64,000 bases of DNA, taken from contig JAAOMT010000777.1 in assembly GCA_016748015.1 (NCBI GenBank), positions 4,347 through 68,346 of the forward strand. Direction: 5' to 3'. This document shows, piece after piece, positions 29,301 to 43,149 of the stretch. Under the pieces are notes generated by a model that saw only the letters and a list, made by a program, of their open reading frames with translations, did no database searches and was not told the origin of the DNA. Both the position numbers and the translations under genes were made by a program. How positions within the stretch are numbered: the stretch's first letter is position 1; the number at the start of each line of letters is the position of its first letter. This DNA is from Geosiphon pyriformis uo1. Its lineage: Eukaryota > Fungi > Glomeromycota.

Positions 29301-30248
29301 NNNNNNNNNNNNNNNNNNNNNNNNNNNNNNNNNNNNNNNNNNNNNNNNNNNNNNNNNNNNNNNNNNNNNNNNNNNNNNNNNNNNNNNNNNNNNNNNNNNN
29401 NNNNNNNNNNNNNNNNNNNNNNNNNNNNNNNNNNNNNNNNNNNNNNNNNNNNNNNNNNNNNNNNNNNNNNNNNNNNNNNNNNNNNNNNNNNNNNNNNNNN
29501 NNNNNNNNNNNNNNNNNNNNNNNNNNNNNNNNNNNNNNNNNNNNNNNNNNNNNNNNNNNNNNNNNNNNNNNNNNNNNNNNNNNNNNNNNNNNNNNNNNNN
29601 NNNNNNNNNNNNNNNNNNNNNNNNNNNNNNNTTAAAAGCAAAAAAAGTAATGCAAACACTCCAAAATATTTCAAAAGATAGTTTTTTTATAACTTAAAAT
29701 AGAATTATATTTATACTAATAAAATATTTATTATTACCTAAATTTATATTATCATTACTTAATTAAAAAATATTAATTACTTTCACACTATCAATACTTC
29801 ATGTTAATAGAATTCAAATTTAATTATACTAGACCAAATGCTCTTAATCATGACTATTGACAAAATACTAATTTCTTATTTTATTTTCTTATTTTCTTAT
29901 TTTTTTTTGTTTTTTTTTTGTTTTATTTTTTAGTTGTTATTAATTGATTAAAAAGATTAAGCACTGAGTTATTAACATCAAAAATAATCTGGTAAAAGAT
30001 CTGAAAACAAAGATAAAAAACTTAAAGATAGCTTACCAGAAAAACATAATTGTTAAAATAAACTAGTTACTATACTAAAGAAAAAAATTCATAAAAAAAT
30101 TATTAATTGAATCTCTGTTTATTATACAAAGAACTCAACCAAAATTTTTAGACTCCAAAATCTTCAGAAATTACTATTATACTTAGCTATTAAGCACTAA
30201 GTTATAGATTTGTTATTTGTTTAAACACCCAAATAATTATTTATAACA
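26343..30248 (+). mobile_element. Element G: decayed family-1 LTR retrotransposon spanning the assembly gap
   Basis: 5' LTR 26343-27068 and eroded PBS TGGTGCTTTTTATAAG. Internally deleted gag and PR (KLIFDNKL) run to 29193. 3' LTR remnant at 29632-30248. TSD ATGA/ATAA. Confidence 0.85.
29194..29631. other. Assembly gap (438 N)
   Basis: Run of N. The real size may be larger because pol, IN and ORF3 of G are unaccounted for. Confidence 0.99.
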
Positions 30249-30935
30249 ATAACTATATAATTTGAATATAATTTCTCAAAAATTAAAATTGCTTTACATT
30301 CTACTATCTAATAATTATCTTAATTTATATCAGATTGTAAATAGTATTGTGTCTTTTTTAGTATATTAGAGTAGTTTTCTATATTATTTTGTTATCAATA
30401 TAAATGTTTATTAATTTTAGTTAGAAATTTATTGACCATAATTGATTTTTTATTTCCTTTTTTTCTTAGTGGCAAATTTTTATGCTCAGTCCATATACCA
30501 TACTTGTTATTATTTAAATAAAAAATGCATTTATTATAGACTACAAAAACTCTTTTTTTCTTTCTATTAAGTAAGTTAAGATGTATTTAATTTATAAATT
30601 CACTTTTATACTTTGACATATACTTTTTATGTTCATATAATTTTTCTAAAAAATTTTTTCGAAATTGCAAGACATTATTTCTTTTATGTTCATTATAATA
30701 TAAGTCTTAATAATGTTGTTGAAATAAATAACTAAGAATTTTGAATTATTTTACTATAGTTATAAGACTAATAGTTTTTTTTTTATTATTTCAATATTAG
30801 GAAACAATTTATGCTTAATGAATTTTTTAAATATGGCTAAAATAACATTGAAGTTTTGGTTTTTAATTCAAATATAACATTTTTCTACAATGTCTTTATC
30901 ATTAATTATTCTAATTTTTTTTTAGTGTTTTCTAT
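30249..30935 (-). pseudogene. DDE transposase copy T2, upstream piece
   Basis: VFVVYNKCIFY...GIWTEH..LPLRKK..SIMVNKFLT...KAILIFEKL. Continues into the 26342 piece after removing G. Cut at 30936 by the LTR of F. Confidence 0.75.
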
Positions 30936-32305
30936 TATTATTAGAGGTTTTTGGTTTCTTTTCTGAAATATTATTAATACTTATTTGTTGTGAATTCACA
31001 TTTTTTGGAAGTATTTGAATCTTTAATAACTGAATTTATTTTTTAATTATTTTCTATAATTTGAACTACTGGACATATAAGTAAAATGGCCAATTTTGTA
31101 TTAGTTACTTTATATAGTTATATTATAATAAATATTAACTCTTTTTTAAAAATTGCTTATTTAGAAGCTTATTAAAAATATGTAGTTATTTTGCTGTAAA
31201 ATTCAACTCTTCTACAAAAATTTTGTTTGTAGACTACTTTAATAATTATACTAAGAAAATAAAAGAAATATAAAAGAAATAAAATTTTGTAAAAGAATTA
31301 TTTTTTTATTTAGACCTGAAGTTACTAATAAATTATTGAAATTAGTAGCTAATTAATTTCAAAATATTAGTTAAGTTTTAGAGAATTTCAAGTATAATTA
31401 TTTTAAGAATTAGTTTTCAAAGTATATTTTTTTTTATTTTGAATTTGTACTGTAAGATAATTTTTGGTAAGATAAATCTAAGAAAAGATATTTCTAAGAA
31501 AAATATCTATGATATAATATATTTTCTCAAAGAAAAAAACTCTTTTTTTATACAACTTGTTATAATACTAGTCTATAAACTTTAACTTTTTTTTGCTATA
31601 ATTTTGACAAATTACAAATTATTTTATCGAATTATTAACTATTTTAGTGAACTATTTATTATTTTGGCAAATTTCTATAAATTTTAATGAATTTTTAAAT
31701 ATTATATAGTTTAGAGTATTGTGTAATTTGATCATCTTAATTTCTATTTGTACAAATTGAGTTATTAATTAAATAATAATATTTAATAATTTGGTTAAAA
31801 TAATAAATAATAAATAAAATAATATTAATATATACTAAATATAATAGGAATTATAAGAGTAATTTTATGCTATTTAATAATTAAAATTCTATTGGTAACA
31901 TAACTTTTTTCTTAAAACTGAGCTCTATTGAAGTTTAAATATTATCTGTAATTTTGAGATAGTGATTCAAAATTATTAAAGTAATTTGGTTCAAAAATTA
32001 TTAAAATTTTAGTTCAGTAAGCTTTTTATATATTGAATTTTTATTGGTTAAAGTATTAGATTTTGCAGGACATTTTCACAAGTATTGAATAAATTATAGA
32101 GTCTTAAAGCTGCTCTGAGTTTGTAATAAGCATTTGTTAATTCAGCTATTGTTTTGAATTCATTGTGTATTTGCTTTTATATAGCTTCAAAAATAAGATT
32201 GATTGCTTTAAGTTTTAGTTTCTGTTGGTACAGTGTTTTTTCAATTTGGAAATATTGATAATTAGGAATATATTTACTGCTTTTATTAAAACATATTTGA
32301 AAGTT
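30936..32305 (-). mobile_element. Element F: family-2 3' LTR (30936-31900), PPT and ORF3 3' half
   Basis: LTR homologous to E. A purine tract follows 31900 on the minus strand. 31901-32290 matches E ORF3 (17205-17560). Confidence 0.85.
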
Positions 32306-34328
32306 TTGTTATTAGTTTTTTTAGTTCAAAAGAAAATATTGCAATGAACAATTTGTCTTCTATGATATTAATAGATAGAATATTGTTAGTGAGTATTTTC
32401 TTGGTTTTTAAGTTGCTGAATGAATTGTTTGCTAGAAAATTTAAATAGTTCTGAGAATTTGAGTTTTGGGTGTACCCACTTTCCAAATTTTTTGGACATG
32501 ATTCTAATAACTAGTTTAATAAGCTGAAAACTGGTTAGTATATGATTATTGCGAATCTCTAGTTCTGTTATGTCTAAATAATTTTTGGTCTTTGGCTTTT
32601 GTTTAATGTTGACACAGTATTTTGGAGTGGTGTTTGAATTTGTTGGGATTGATAAATTATTTGTGGCTGTAGTTAATATATTATTAATGCTGAAGTTTAA
32701 TAAACTGAAAGTAAGTATATTAATTGTTATATTATTGGAGTATAAAGAGGCTAATACTAATATTGTTCTTAATTTGGAGTGTAATTCATAGTTTGAAATC
32801 TGTAATCAAAGTTTCAATATTAATTTTTTGATTGTTGATTATTGAATTTAAAATGACAATCTGCTTTTAGATAGTCTTGTTTATCACAATAGTAGTAATT
32901 ACACATCTTTTATTGCCATGATTGATTTGTCAATAATAATAGTATTAGATATGACTAATTCTGGAAATAAATAGAATTTTCTTGATTTTTACAATGTTAT
33001 AGAGACTGATAAATACCTTGGTTGTTAGTTAAGTATCCCTCAATTTTCTAATTGATGGCTTTACTAAATTGCATTAATTTGGTATCCAATTCAGATAATC
33101 TGTTCTTTACTAAATTTACAGCTTAGATATAATTGGCTTCAAGTTTAGCTAATTCAAAATTTCGGGTATATATAACTGTATTTTGAAAAGTATTTAAGTG
33201 TATTAGACATACTTATTGTAAAAAATTACTTTAAAATTCATGAATAAATTGGTTTAAAATTTGTGCTGTTGTAAAATAATTAGCTTGAATTATCTAGATT
33301 TAATGCAGATTCCCTTAAAAGTATTTTAAATAAGTGATGACTGTTTTAATATTATCTTGCTTAATGGTATTAAAGCTAGTTAACAGACAATTGATACTAT
33401 TGTTATTACTAAAATATTAAAGAAATATGATTTTAAATGTATCAAAATCTTGAGGTTTGTTTACAAAATTCTAATATTATAAATTGGTAGTGTCTTATAA
33501 AAAATAGAAAATTGCTTAAAAGACTTTGGTGTCATTCTATCTATTGGCTGTAATGATTTTTGCTATATTATTTAGTCATATTTCAGTATTGTTTTCTTTG
33601 CTAGTAAATTTTTCAAGTTTTACAATTAGTATATAGGCTATTAGTATTAGTAATAATAGTAATAGTAATAGTAATTGTTGTTGTTGTTGTGGTTGTTGTT
33701 AAGGTTATTGTTATGCAGTAATTAATACAACTGATAGATTAATAACAATAACTAGAAATAAGTCTTGGTGAATAATAAAAGTAGAGTTTAGATTATTCAG
33801 ATTTTGCAGAGTTTAAACAATCAGAGTTATAATTTCTGGATTAATTAGAATCAAGTTTTGATTATTATTTCTCTGCTTGCTGTTTTTTTTTTTAATTTGG
33901 TATCTTCTTAATAACTAATAGATCCAAAATTTGGTTAAATTGGCAGTAATTAAAGTCCTAATGGTATTGTTGGTTGTAATTTAAATTCTTCAAAAAAATT
34001 GCTATAGGTTTCTAATAATTTTGTTTTTTCTTGATTATTTTGGAATAATACTCTTGCTAATAGTATTTTCGTAGTTAATAGTAATATAAATTCTAATAGT
34101 ATGTAGATAATACTTTTTGGTATATAATAATATAACAGATTAATAGATAAAACAATTTTTAGTTTTTTCTAAATAGATAGTTGTATTTTTTTTTTTTTTT
34201 TTTTTTTATATTTTAACGAGTGAGGTCCAAACACGACCTAGTGCTATACATCATACAAATGATCTAAACTAGGTGCGAATCATGCACTTTCTACATGTGA
34301 CCAGCCACTCGGGCCAGTCAGGACTACA

Positions 34329-37300
34329 CTATACACTTATATGCACAGAAACTGAATCTCCAATACCTGAAAAAAATGGACAAAATTTACGAAACCCAAA
34401 ACCAACACCAAATGCCTCAGCCACCCTCAGCAATCTGACCACACCAGCCGAAAGCACCTTAGGCAAACCAGAAACCGAAGCAGGAATGGAGCCATCACTT
34501 GGAATCAAACCATGCTTCTCCATAAACGCTCGGTGTTTGGCCCGGACCAACCAAACATCATCCCGAAATGCTAAACAAAACTCACACACAAAGCTCACAA
34601 TCCTCTTAGCACCCTCCCTAGAATCTTTAAAGACCGAGATAGACTCACGAAACCATTCATCAAAAACAAAACCCTTACACAGAGCAACACTAACTCCAAT
34701 CTCAGAAACACAAGAAGCTAAGACCTGTAAGACACATAAAGAAGAATGAGAAAGGCCAGAAAGAGCCTCCCAAGTTGAAGCATGTGCACCCAACAAATGA
34801 GCATGGCCAACGGCATCTTAAGGACACAAAAAGACATGATCCGAGGTCTCAACATCACCACAAAACAGACAGACCACACTGGGGTAACTCCTGTCATATA
34901 AATGCTTGCACACAGCAACAGGAAGCCGATGATGGAGAGCCTTCATAAAGTAAGTATGACATACTGCCATGCGCATGCTAGTAAAACTGGATGCCAAGTG
35001 AGAATTGGGGTGCCACACCATAAAAGACATAGACCAATTGACATCAGCATGCAAACTATCATTCATAACACAAGAATCCACTCCAATCTCCCAATGAGCT
35101 TGGTGAAACGACCGGAAAACATCACGAACAAAGTGTCTAGAATTACCAGAAACCGCCATGCCACTAGCACATAGAAAACGTTCACTGACTAAATGAGGTA
35201 GGCACCAAGCAGAGCGAGCAGCACACTTGGCAAGCGCATCAGCATGCTCGTTGCCTGAGACACCTGAATGATCTTTCATCTTAACCCAATTCACATCCAA
35301 ATTCTTTTGACGAATGACAGTGGCAATGTAATGACGCTCGATCCAACAGTGGTTCCTGAAATCCGGATGAACCAGCGAAAACTCCGACCTACATGCATCT
35401 AAAGCAGCCTGGCTATCCGAGAACAAGTCAATCAAATGAGAAAAAGGAACACACTCAAGGGCCAAAGCTATGGCCTGCAGTTCCGTCAGAGTAGAAAAAA
35501 CCAAACCAGACACCATAACACTCAAACCCAAGTTAATGTCCTCAAAAAAAGCGGCAGCACCTGCTCTCATGTCAGCAGTGCCCAGACCAGAAAGAGACCC
35601 ATCCGTATACACAGAAAGGCGGGCAGCATCAATGGTTGGCAAAGTGTCACGAATCACACCAAAATTATGAGAAAGACGAATATCAGACACAGTTTGACCA
35701 TCTACCAAAGAAGAACTTGAGGAGAGAGGAACAACACCACCAAGAAAGCGAACAGAAAGATCAAACCAGAAAGGGACTGGGCCACGAGGGTCTAGCCTCT
35801 TCTAGTGTTTAAAGGTACCCCAACTGAAAACATCACCATTACGGTCACGAAGCTGTTCCATGAAAGCAATTCCATAACACCTGAGCGAAGAGATACACTT
35901 GAAAAAACAGGATTCACCAAGAACCAAAGACATAGGAGTACCATACTGACAACAAAAAGCACAATCCAGAGGGCCTCCTAAAGACAAATCACACCCAGAA
36001 AAAATGTGAATCACACCCGCCAAAAAATTATCTGAGGGACTGATACCAACACAAACTGAAAACAGCAAAGGATGATGAGGACGCCAGCTGAGAACCTGGA
36101 GGTCATGAGACCTATGAGAAAACAAGTGACCCAAGACACCAGTAGAATTTGCAAAAGCAACAACGGAGGCCGATTTACTCTCAGCCTGTATCTGTTTGAA
36201 AGTTTTTAAATTGTACAAAGAGGGGTGATAAAGTGCGTCACTGGGGAAATCACATGGCAACCCAGACTTGGACTTTAAGACCTTGCAAACTAGAGCATTC
36301 CATTTACTACAAACACCAACAGAAACAAAACTGAACTGAGTCCTGTAGCTGATGATAGGGAAAAGAACTGCAGACACCAAATATGCACACTGTTTGTCTG
36401 AAATTGCCTTTCTTAAAACAAGATTCGCAAAGAACCGTATATCAGCCTGAGCCTTAGCCAAGCTGGGCTTCGAAAGACCCTCAGAAGACAAAAAAATACC
36501 CAAATAGCGATGAGATTCCCCTCTCTTGGCAATGGAAATAGGTGCACTACTGATAGTCAAATGAGGATCCAGCACCCGGCAATTGATGGAAATGGCCACC
36601 ATTTTGTCATTGTTTATAGAAATATTGTTAAACCTAAAAAACTCGCTAGCAACATCAAGGATGCGTTGTGTAGCAGCTTGGCTGCTACCAACCCAGATAG
36701 TATCATTGACAAAAGTGCCGGCAGTAAGAAATGAAGACAGCTCAGCTCGAGAATCTACCCAGCCAGTTCTTGATATGAAATGAGAATTCAACCTGTAGCC
36801 ATACACACTATCCTGTCTCTTGACCTTACACAAAAGTGAATCATAAAAAATACACCAGAGAAGAGGCGAGAAAACTTCCCCTTGATCCAGCCCATCGTGG
36901 ATACAATACCCATTAGTCAAGCCAAAGTTAGTCATCACTTTGTTGATGTGACCATTGTGAATACTGCCAAAAAATCTAATAAACCTGTCACACATTTTGA
37001 TCCTGACTAGACTCCTCCTAAGATGTTCCCAACCAACTGAGTTATAAGCCTTGTGTATGTCCTGTAAAACCAGTCAAAGTTCACAGTTCTTTTTCAAGGC
37101 ATCCTCAACCACAGAACCAATAGCAAAAATGGGAGATTGAGTCATCGTACCTTTCAAAACCGAAAAATTGTCCCCATGAAAAACATCAAAAGTGCTGCAA
37201 GCCAAAGAGATCCTATCTGAAAGGATCTTGAAGAGAATTTTGCGGGCCATTTCAATTAAAGCTATAGGACAGGTGTTTGTGAGAACTCCCTCCCATTCAT

Positions 37301-39017
37301 ATGGTTTAGGAATCATCAAAACCCAAGCTTTTCTCCAAGGCCCAGGGACCGACTCACCAACCAAACAGAAATTCAAGAGCACCAAAAGCATATCCAAAAC
37401 AGATTTGTCACAATGTTTCCATAATTCATTGGAGATACCAGAAAGACCAGCCGCTTTTCCATCAGGAAAATCTTTAACAACAGCTAACAACTCATCAAAA
37501 CTAATCAAACACATGACATCAGAGAAAGCACCATCAAATACGTAATCCAGAGGCCGATATTGACGAGCCCAATCCTCAGATAAGTCAGACACCACCTCAC
37601 ATTTTCTGGTCCATCCCTTCATAATTTCGTCCACCTTAGACTTAACCAAATCAGACTCTAAAATCAACTCATCTTCTACAACCAAATGATCCAGGACCAT
37701 CTTGCGAAGAGGATGCTCCAAAACACTCCTAATGGTGTGACCCTTGTTCAGCTCAAAACTCTCCATTCTCTTACCAATAGCTTGCTTGATTGAGGATTTT
37801 TCAGCGCGCTTGGATTCTACTAACTTGAAGGAGTGGTATGATTTTCTAGCTTTGGCCAGTGCAGAGTGAATAAGATCAAAATTAGAACCTGAAAGAAACA
37901 GAGACTTAACCACCGATGCACCAGGGGAGTCGAGTCTGTGCCACACCTCCAACAAAGAAGCAAAACCATCACTAGAAGCCAAATGTGAAGCCTTGACCAA
38001 CTTAGAAACCAGCAGCTTCAGCTTGTGAAACCTAAAAGAAGTCTTGTAGAACACGCCATCAAAACCTTTGAACCATTTTTTCTTAAATGTACCACCCACT
38101 GAAAGAACCATAATCTTGCAAACAATGTCCCACATAGTGTCCACATCTGAAAATTTTACTGCCACACTGAAAGCATCCGAGAACATAGAGACATTAGCAG
38201 CTGAGGCATCCCTGAACTCCAACCACTTAGCTTCATTGGCATTTTTGACATCAAACTTCCAACAATCTTTATTTGCTTGCTTGCGAAGAGAATTCAAACA
38301 CGTATCCAAGAGCCCACCCAGACCCAAATCCACTGAAACAGCTTGATGGTCTGTGTCAAAATGCTCACTGACATTCAAAATCTTATGACGCACTATCGCA
38401 TTGACAAGACTTGAGGAGACAAACACGTAATCAATTGTTTTCTTAACACCCCTAAAATTTTCACAAGTGGGCATTTTTGCAGCTGGGCTGCCAACTAAAG
38501 AATTGACCAGACCCAAATCAAAGCATCTTTTGAAACTTGCACTTTTATGAAAGCCGTCTTCATTAAAATCGCCACCGAGAATGATGAAAGAAGATTTGTT
38601 GACAGTCTTTGCAATGAGAGAATTGATTTCACTAGCTTGAGAAAACCGAGCCACCGAAGAAGCACCAGCATAAAGCCCCAAAATCGACACAGAAAGTTTA
38701 CTCTTAAAAAGTAATTTAATGGAAAGGAGCCGACAAGGCACCTCAGAAACCTTGCACACATGACAAGCCAAAGAAACGTCCATAATAACAACAACACCCG
38801 CATCCAAGTGACCAGAGTCCAAACCAGAAGTAAACACTCAGACACCATCGAACTTGTCTGCAATCCACGGACAAACCCTACTCTTTAATTTCATTTCAGT
38901 AATGATAGAGACTAAATTGTTTATTTCCTTATGCCACCTAATAATGTCTTCTTGCTTAGCGGAATTGTTCATGCCCCTGACATTGCATGTAGCAACTTTT
39001 CAGACTAAACTGCTCAT
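34329..39017 (-). pseudogene. LINE ORF2: APE endonuclease-RT-RNase H-zinc finger
   Basis: The ATG at 39017 and all four listed ORF pieces share one frame. Motifs: ATCNVRG, GGDFN, IDYVF, TDH; GKAAGLSGI, QGEVFSPLL, FVND (FVDD with G>A); YTDGS, ELQAI, SDSQ, HSGVSGNEHAD; CLFC..ETSDHVFLC. Five in-frame stops, each one transition from a sense codon. Confidence 0.92.
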
Positions 39018-40806
39018 TGAGTAAGAGGTAGAGATACCGAAAGCACACCTAAACTGTCCACTTTGGCCGAAAGGCCCAGAACCATTTCCATTAGACACTT
39101 CATGCTGTCTTCCAGCTTAGACACCGAAGACATATTAAAAGACACTGCTTCCACAACATTTCCACCACTAGTGGACACACTCGAACTCTCACTCATTACT
39201 ACATCTGCCCCTTGATCCTGTGATGAAGAGGTCACCAACGGCTGACATCCAGGGCTAGGCTGGGAAACCATTGGCTCAAGTGCATCCAACCTCTTAGCCA
39301 GCTTACCAACTTGCTCCATGAGGCTGGCGAGACTGCGCTCAAGAGTGGCGAACCTATCGTTGACTTCCATCATAACCAGTTGGGATGGCTTCATCTCTGA
39401 AGAAGAGCCATTTGTTACCACAACATTCAAACCAGAGAGGGGGAGCGAAAAAGACCTGTGAGCAATCTTTGCCCAAGAGAGACCACCAAAAGAGACTGGA
39501 CGGGCAACCGGAGCTGAGCATTTGGCATAGATGGTTGCCAGCCTGCTTTTATCTGTATCCGAGAAAACCCTACACAGTGAACTACTAGAAGACAATTTCC
39601 CACCAACTGCACAACCCAATGATGTGTGACCCAATTTCTCACACTTGGCACATCTAGCAGAAATGAGGTAAGACCAGCAGAGATTGGTGTTCCTGAGTAC
39701 TGGCATGGTTCCCACAGCAGCATTCAATGATTCAGCAGAGTCGAAACAAACAACAGCACACCTGGCCTGAGCATACATAACAGAATGATGATCAATGACG
39801 CACGTTTTCTCACCCACAGATCTAACAAAGTCCCAGATATCATGAGCATTGGTTCCTATCAGCAATGTATAGAGCAGCGCCCTATGTTGGTCCCTTACAT
39901 CCCACGCTTCCTTGTCTGAATCAGCCTTAGTCACATGCACAGCATCTTTCTCAATTAAGATGGACCACTTAGCTGCAGCCAAATCAGCCTGATCCGATCG
40001 TTTGAATTCCACCACTGCCTTCTGCCACAGCCCGATTAACTGCATCTTGATCGTCCTAATAACTCCAAACTCAGATAGCACAGCATGCACAGCCTCAGCC
40101 AATGGTTTAACTGGAATTTCTTTCACGACCACAGCCCGATCTGATCGCCCAGATGCTTTTTTGAGATCGGCGTTTACTAAGATCTTTGCATTCGCAGCTT
40201 TATTAGTAGCTTTCATTAGACTCAATTCGGAAGTAAACGTTGCCCTGATGATTCCTGAGAATTTTGAGGGGGTAGATGCCCCCCAAAACCATTGATTCCA
40301 GAAAACAACTTCCTTACCACCACAAGTTTTTCCTGAGAAGATTTGCCGGCCACTTTATCCAAGCCAATATCCAATGCGAATGATTTCCTGACTGAAACAT
40401 TGACCAAATTTCTCACAGAAAGAGGGAGCTCAAGAGGAGCATCCAAGAGAATACCATCATCACTACCATCTTTTGAGAAGTCAATTTTCCCCAATGGCTT
40501 GCCCAACGCCTTTTTGGTTTTAACCTTCGAACTTGTGGGCATCTGATCATAATCTCCACCAGCCAGAGCTCCACTTTCACCATAATCAAAGCTGGTTTTT
40601 TCCACTAGACACTCCTTTTCCATATCAACACTTTCAGACTCAGTAGTGTCCCCAGTCTCCGAACTCCATGAACAAACACCAGGAACTTCAGCAGCAACCC
40701 TTCTGTTATCAATACCCTCTGCCAACACACCTCCCTTCCTCTTTTTCCTTGATGCAACTGCTTTAAAACCACTCTCAGAACCAGAAACTTTAGCAGTCTT
40801 TTTCAT
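39014..40806 (-). pseudogene. LINE ORF1 (RRM-like + CCHC knuckle), one frameshift
   Basis: ORFs 40222-40806 and 39014-40225 are joined by a 1-nt slip in a G run near 40280. Contains CAKCEKLGHTSLGC and a C-terminal coiled-coil-like segment. Confidence 0.85.
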
Positions 40807-41132
40807 AACAGCAATAACAGAGCCAACAGTGGCCTCGTAATCGAAAAACAGTTTTGATTTATCGTACTGAATGGTAAAAAACTTCTTTCAAAAAAACTTT
40901 TGACTCTTTTTTGAGAATTTTGGATGAAGGAGAGAAAGAAGTTTTTTGGTATTTTTTTTTGGTGTTTCTGTTGAAATTTGTAATTTTTTTTTGTCTGTAA
41001 AGATAATAAAAAATTTTTGTTAAGTGTAATTCCCAATTTTTTGGTTTATTTTTGTGATTAATAGTATAAATAAATAATTTGATAAAAGTGTAATGCTTTG
41101 TAATAGTTTATTGTAAAAATTCCTAAAAGTGA

Positions 41133-43149
41133 TGTTATTAGTAGAATTTTAGTTATTAATTAGCATGAAATTATCTTTATAATTCCTATTATTAATTAGT
41201 ATATATTATTATCATTTCAATTATTATTTATTATTTAATCAAATTATTAAATATTATTATTTAATTAATAATCTAATTTGTATCATAAAAATTAAGATGA
41301 TCAAATTACACAATACTCTAAACCATTTAATATTTAAAAATTCGCCGAAATTAATAGAAATTAGCCGAAATAATTAATAGTTTATGGAAATAATTTGTAG
41401 TTTGCTAAAATGTATTTTTAGTTTGCCAAAATTATAGCAAAAAGAAAAGTACAAGTTTAAAGACTAGTACTACAACAAGTTATATAAAAAAAAAGCTTTT
41501 TTTCAAGAAAATGTATCTTATTTCAGATATCTTAAGTAGAATCAATTATCTTTTACACATCTTTAAAAAATTAAATAAAAATCAAATATTCAAACCCAAA
41601 AATTTTTAATAATTATATCTGAAATTCCCAAAACCTAACTAACGTTTTTGAAATTGATTAACTATCAATTTCAATAATTTGTTAGTAATTCCAGGTCTAG
41701 ATAAAAAACGTTTCTCTTAATAAAATTCTATTTCTTTTATATTTTTTTTATTTTTTTTTATTTTTTTATTATAATTATTAAGGTAGTCTACAAACAAGAT
41801 TTCTGTAGAAGAGTTATAGCAAAGTAGCTACACATTTTAATGAGTTTTCAGATAAGCAATTCCTAAGAAAGAGTTAATATTTACTACAATGTAACTATAC
41901 AAAGTAATTGGCATAGAATTGGTCATTCTATTTATAAGCCCAGCAGTTTAAATAATAAAAGATAAATTTAGTTATTAAAGATTTAACTACTTCTTAAGAA
42001 TGTAAATTCACAGCAAACAAACATTAATAACATTCAGTAAAAAAGACCAAAAATCTTTGATAACATTTGGTGCTTTTTTACAAAAACAACACAGCAACAA
42101 CAAAATTCAAAGTAACAATTCTAGCAGATACAACTATTTTAGAGTATTATCAATTAATTTATATTTATTACAAACAGAAATTCAACATTCAAGACAGAGT
42201 TGAAATTTTTAAGAAAAAACTCTACTAGTACATTAAAAACTGCATCAACAATTATCTTTTTGGAAACTATAGCATCTTAGAAGTCAAATACAACCTATAT
42301 AAAAACCTGCTATACTATTCTTGTCTAAACACTAAAGATTTCAATAATCAAATACTTAATACTTACTTTTAAAAACTTAACTATAATATCATTCAATATT
42401 GTGAAAAAAAATACTCTGTATAATCTAAATTCTCTCTTGGTTTTAAATTAGAAACTAAAACAAACAACAAAAACAAACAAAAATTGAAACAACACTTAAA
42501 AACCACTTCAAACACTCTGAAAATACCAAAAATAAATGCCAATACTTGCAAACTTCAAAACAAGAAACCAGTATTAAACTTCTATTCTCAGTTACATTAT
42601 TTTTAGCTTCACTTGCTCAATAGCAAACTCCAAACTTACTATTTATCTGGTTCTTAAGACTAGAAAATTTTCAGTCCTCTAAAAATTTTACTTAATAGCA
42701 AGAACCAATATCAACCAGTACCAATCTTCTTAATTACTTACAAAAAAATCAAAGTAATCTTTCAAAGAACTTAGAAAGTGAAGAAACCAAATTAAAACAA
42801 AAAAAAACTTCCGAAAACAAAAAAAAAATAACAACTACATATATTGCAAAAATTACTAAATTCACAAAAATGGCTTGACAAAGTCCAGAAAGCAGGAAAT
42901 ACAAACAGATAAAATGCAACAAGAATGCTAAAAGCAATTTCATACTTTCTCCAAAAAACAACAGAAAAATGATTTGAAAACTTAGATGAATTATTTGAAA
43001 ATTGGCAAACATTCAAAGATGCTTTTTTACAACAAATTACTAACAACAATACCTCTATTACTCTCCAAAATTGCTTTTACAATATTAAACAAAAATTATC
43101 TGAAACTTTCATGACTTATCTTGGAAGATTTAACAAATTTTTTAGATGA
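41133..43149 (+). mobile_element. Element D: family-2 5' LTR (41133-42065), PBS and 5' gag; interrupted by C
   Basis: TGTTATTA...TGATAACA followed by TTTGGTGCTTTT. The gag (LEYYQLIY...FENWQTFKDAFLQQ) is homologous to E 24000-25010. Confidence 0.88.

Larger units (their letters stand above)
34195..40948 (-). mobile_element. Full-length non-LTR retrotransposon (LINE) with APE, RT, RNase H and CCHC
   Basis: GC-richer block with a poly(A) tail (T run 34186-34207). 12-bp TSD GTATTTTTTTTT at 34183-34194 and 40949-40960. Two ORFs and a ~140-bp 5' UTR. Confidence 0.95.
32306..41132 (-). mobile_element. Element H: decayed family-1-type gag (32306-34194 and 40949-41132), interrupted by the LINE and by D
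   Basis: Reads NFYNKLLQS..ITKINQKI..LQISTETP|IQLSI*KK across the LINE, then a capsid region (AYTNCKT.KFTSKENN), QNYLNFL and AIFSFEL, as in A and B. Confidence 0.75.

Noticed and set aside
29135-29674. ORFs of 166-167 aa
   Set aside because: Artefacts of translating the N gap.
34273-40840. Plus-strand ORFs antisense to the LINE
   Set aside because: Short antisense shadows of a GC-richer coding sequence with no motifs.
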